Part shown: positions 30,203 to 32,000 of the stretch, piece by piece | Position numbering within the stretch: the first letter of the stretch is position 1 | Layout: each line of letters starts with the position of its first letter | DNA from: Cereibacter sphaeroides 2.4.1 | GTDB lineage: Bacteria > Pseudomonadota > Alphaproteobacteria > Rhodobacterales > Rhodobacteraceae | Direction of reading: 5' to 3' | Assembly: GCF_000012905.2 (NCBI RefSeq) | Contig: NC_007493.2 | Span: 1,800,001-1,832,000, forward strand | DNA length: 32,000 nucleotides | Program-made: the position numbers and the translations under genes | The notes under the pieces: generated by a model | Seen by the model: the letters and a program-made list of their open reading frames with translations, nothing else | What the model was told of the DNA's origin: nothing | Databases searched by the model: none

Positions 30203-32000
30203 TCAGCCCAGCACCCGCGGCGCACCCGCGATCATCGCCACCGTCACCAGCACGGTCAGCCCCAGGAAGTGCCAGAACAGGGCCGAGTTCCACAAAGGCG
30301 CGTCGTAGCGTGGCGTGATCCGCCCGAAGATCAGGCCCGCCAGCCCGTAGAGCTGGAAGATCAGGCCCGCGATCAGGTGGGCGACGGTCCAGACCACGAG
30401 GACCCACATGCTGGCCGGATAGACATGCTCCGTGGGCTCGAGGCCCGCCACATGGGGCGAGGCGATCAGCGCGGCCCCGGTCGCGAGCGTCAGGAGCGGC
30501 GCTGCGGAGAGGCACAGCCGGGCAAGGCCCGTGCGGTGCCGGCGGTTCGCCTCGCGCGCGGCGAGCGTCAGCGCCCAGGAGGCCGCGCCCAGCGCCAGCG
30601 CCGCGAGGGCCAGCGGTCCGTCCGCGTGCGCAGCGCCCGCGGGGGGATAGTCGGTGCCCGCCGTCCAGTAGAAGAAGACCCCGAACACCAGGCTCGCGAA
30701 GGCCGTGCTGTCACCCAGCATCGTGATCCAGACGGCCCACCAGCCGACCGCCCCGGAGCCCGAGACATAGATCGGCAACCGGAGCCCAAGCCCCACGTCG
30801 GCCATCTCCTTCTCGGGGATCTCGGCCGATCCGGTCCAGAGCCACCAGACCACCATGGCCACGGCCAGAACCGCGCTGACGATGGCAGGCCCGTACCAGG
30901 CGAAGGTCGGGAAGATGAAGGCGCCGCCCGTGAAGACTGCCGCCCAGATCGTCTTCCAGGTCGGCCCCCCGATCCGCAGAAGCTGGAGCGGGCGGCCGTC
31001 GATCACCGAGGTCACCAGCGTCTCGCGCCGCCCCGCCTCGGCATCGGGCAGGTAGAAGCGGCCGGCATCCATCCGGTCCACGAGCTCCCGCTGCTGCCAG
31101 AGCGGATAGCGCGTGTCGATGTAGGGGATCGAGCGGACGCCCCAGGATTCGTCCTCGAGATCGTGGGTCCATTCGAGCGTGCCGGCTCCCCACGGGTTGC
31201 GCTCGGAGAGCTTCGCCCGCTTCGGGCGCAGGAGATCCCAGACGAAGACCGCGAAGCCGGCCGCCATCACGAAGGCGCCGACGGTCGAGACGAGGTTCAG
31301 CCAGTCCCAGCCGACATGGCCGGGATAGGTGAAGACGCGCCGGGGCATCCCCTTCAGCCCGGTCAGGTGCATGGGCAGGAAGGTCACGTTGAAGCCGGTG
31401 AAGAGCAGCCAGAAGGACCAGCGCCCCAGCCGCTCCGACAGGGTCTTCTTGGCGATGACGGGGTAGAAGTAATAGACGCCCGCGATGACCGGAAAGACCA
31501 TGCCGCCGAACAGCGTGTAATGGAGGTGGGCCACGATGAAATAGGTGTCGTGGACCTGCCAGTCGAAGGGCGCGATGGCCACCATGACGCCGGTGAGCCC
31601 GCCTGCGGTGAAGACCGCGAGACCGCCCGCGATCCAGAGCATCGGCAGGATCATCTTCACGCGGCCCACCATGAGGGTGGCCACGAAGGCGAAAAGCTGG
31701 ATGCCCGTGGGGATGACGACCGCCTCGGAGGCCGCCGAGAAGAAGCCGAGCGACAGGGCCGGCAGCCCGGTGGTGAACATGTGGTGCACCCAGAGGCCGA
31801 AGCTGATGAAGCCCGTCCCCACCGCCGAGAGCACGATCCAGGAGTAGCCCACGATCGGGGTGCGCGCCGCCGTGGGTACGATCATCGCGGCAAGGGCGAT
31901 CGAGGGCAGGAAGATGATGTAGACCTCGGGATGGCCGAAGATCCAGAACAGGTGCTGCCAGAGCAGCGGATCCCCGCCCCTTTCGGGATCGAAGAAGGGC
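30203..32000 (-). CDS. A-type heme-copper oxidase subunit I fused to a subunit III-like domain (partial; 5' end beyond window)
   Basis: The reading frame is open to the window edge, and the revcomp of 31886-31999 reads PFFDPERGGDPLLWQHLFWIFGHPEVYIIFLP. Further motifs are WVHHMFTTG (CuB histidines), AHLHYTLFGG (heme histidines) and TLEW near the usual subunit I end. About 290 extra residues follow, with subunit III-like helices (LFWHFLGLTVLV). Confidence 0.85.
   Translation of the reverse strand, partial: PFFDPERGGDPLLWQHLFWIFGHPEVYIIFLPSIALAAMIVPTAARTPIVGYSWIVLSAVGTGFISFGLWVHHMFTTGLPALSLGFFSAASEAVVIPTGIQLFAFVATLMVGRVKMILPMLWIAGGLAVFTAGGLTGVMVAIAPFDWQVHDTYFIVAHLHYTLFGGMVFPVIAGVYYFYPVIAKKTLSERLGRWSFWLLFTGFNVTFLPMHLTGLKGMPRRVFTYPGHVGWDWLNLVSTVGAFVMAAGFAVFVWDLLRPKRAKLSERNPWGAGTLEWTHDLEDESWGVRSIPYIDTRYPLWQQRELVDRMDAGRFYLPDAEAGRRETLVTSVIDGRPLQLLRIGGPTWKTIWAAVFTGGAFIFPTFAWYGPAIVSAVLAVAMVVWWLWTGSAEIPEKEMADVGLGLRLPIYVSGSGAVGWWAVWITMLGDSTAFASLVFGVFFYWTAGTDYPPAGAAHADGPLALAALALGAASWALTLAAREANRRHRTGLARLCLSAAPLLTLATGAALIASPHVAGLEPTEHVYPASMWVLVVWTVAHLIAGLIFQLYGLAGLIFGRITPRYDAPLWNSALFWHFLGLTVLVTVAMIAGAPRVLG

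Overview
Very GC-rich alphaproteobacterial chromosome. Gene content and order match my recollection (not a database search) of the Rhodobacter/Cereibacter sphaeroides polyol locus and its neighbourhood. The window is densely coding, and most long ORFs in other frames are GC-driven shadow ORFs.

Left to right:
(1) The sorbitol/mannitol catabolic locus, all on +: smoC (SorC-family regulator), smoEFGK (ABC transporter), smoS (SDR sorbitol dehydrogenase) and mtlK (mannitol 2-dehydrogenase).
(2) A tRNA-Thr(UGU).
(3) A TRAP transporter split into a Tat-signal solute-binding protein (+) and convergent DctQ/DctM permease genes (-). The large permease carries an unusual 145-aa Gly/Pro/Ala repeat tail.
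(4) A complete 13-gene E. coli-type NADH:quinone oxidoreductase operon (nuoA, B, fused CD, E-N). A near-consensus FNR/FnrL box lies upstream. Almost every gene junction from nuoA to nuoK is a 4-nt ATGA/GTGA overlap. The only break, a 196-nt nuoG-nuoH spacer, is exactly filled by a 67-codon ORF that is ATGA-coupled at both ends.
(5) A two-HKD phospholipase D / cardiolipin-synthase-like gene translationally coupled to a DUF4112-like membrane protein.
(6) On the minus strand, the 3' part of an alternative A-type heme-copper oxidase cluster: a subunit I fused to a subunit III-like domain (5' end outside the window), a 3-TM small protein, and a membrane-anchored triheme cytochrome c.

I found no mobile elements, CRISPR arrays, integrases or recognisable defence genes. 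The items most worth follow-up are the PLD+DUF4112 pair wedged between complex I and the oxidase, the doubly coupled nuoG-nuoH ORF, the repeat tail on DctM and the FNR-type promoter of the second complex I. None is demonstrably a new system from sequence alone.
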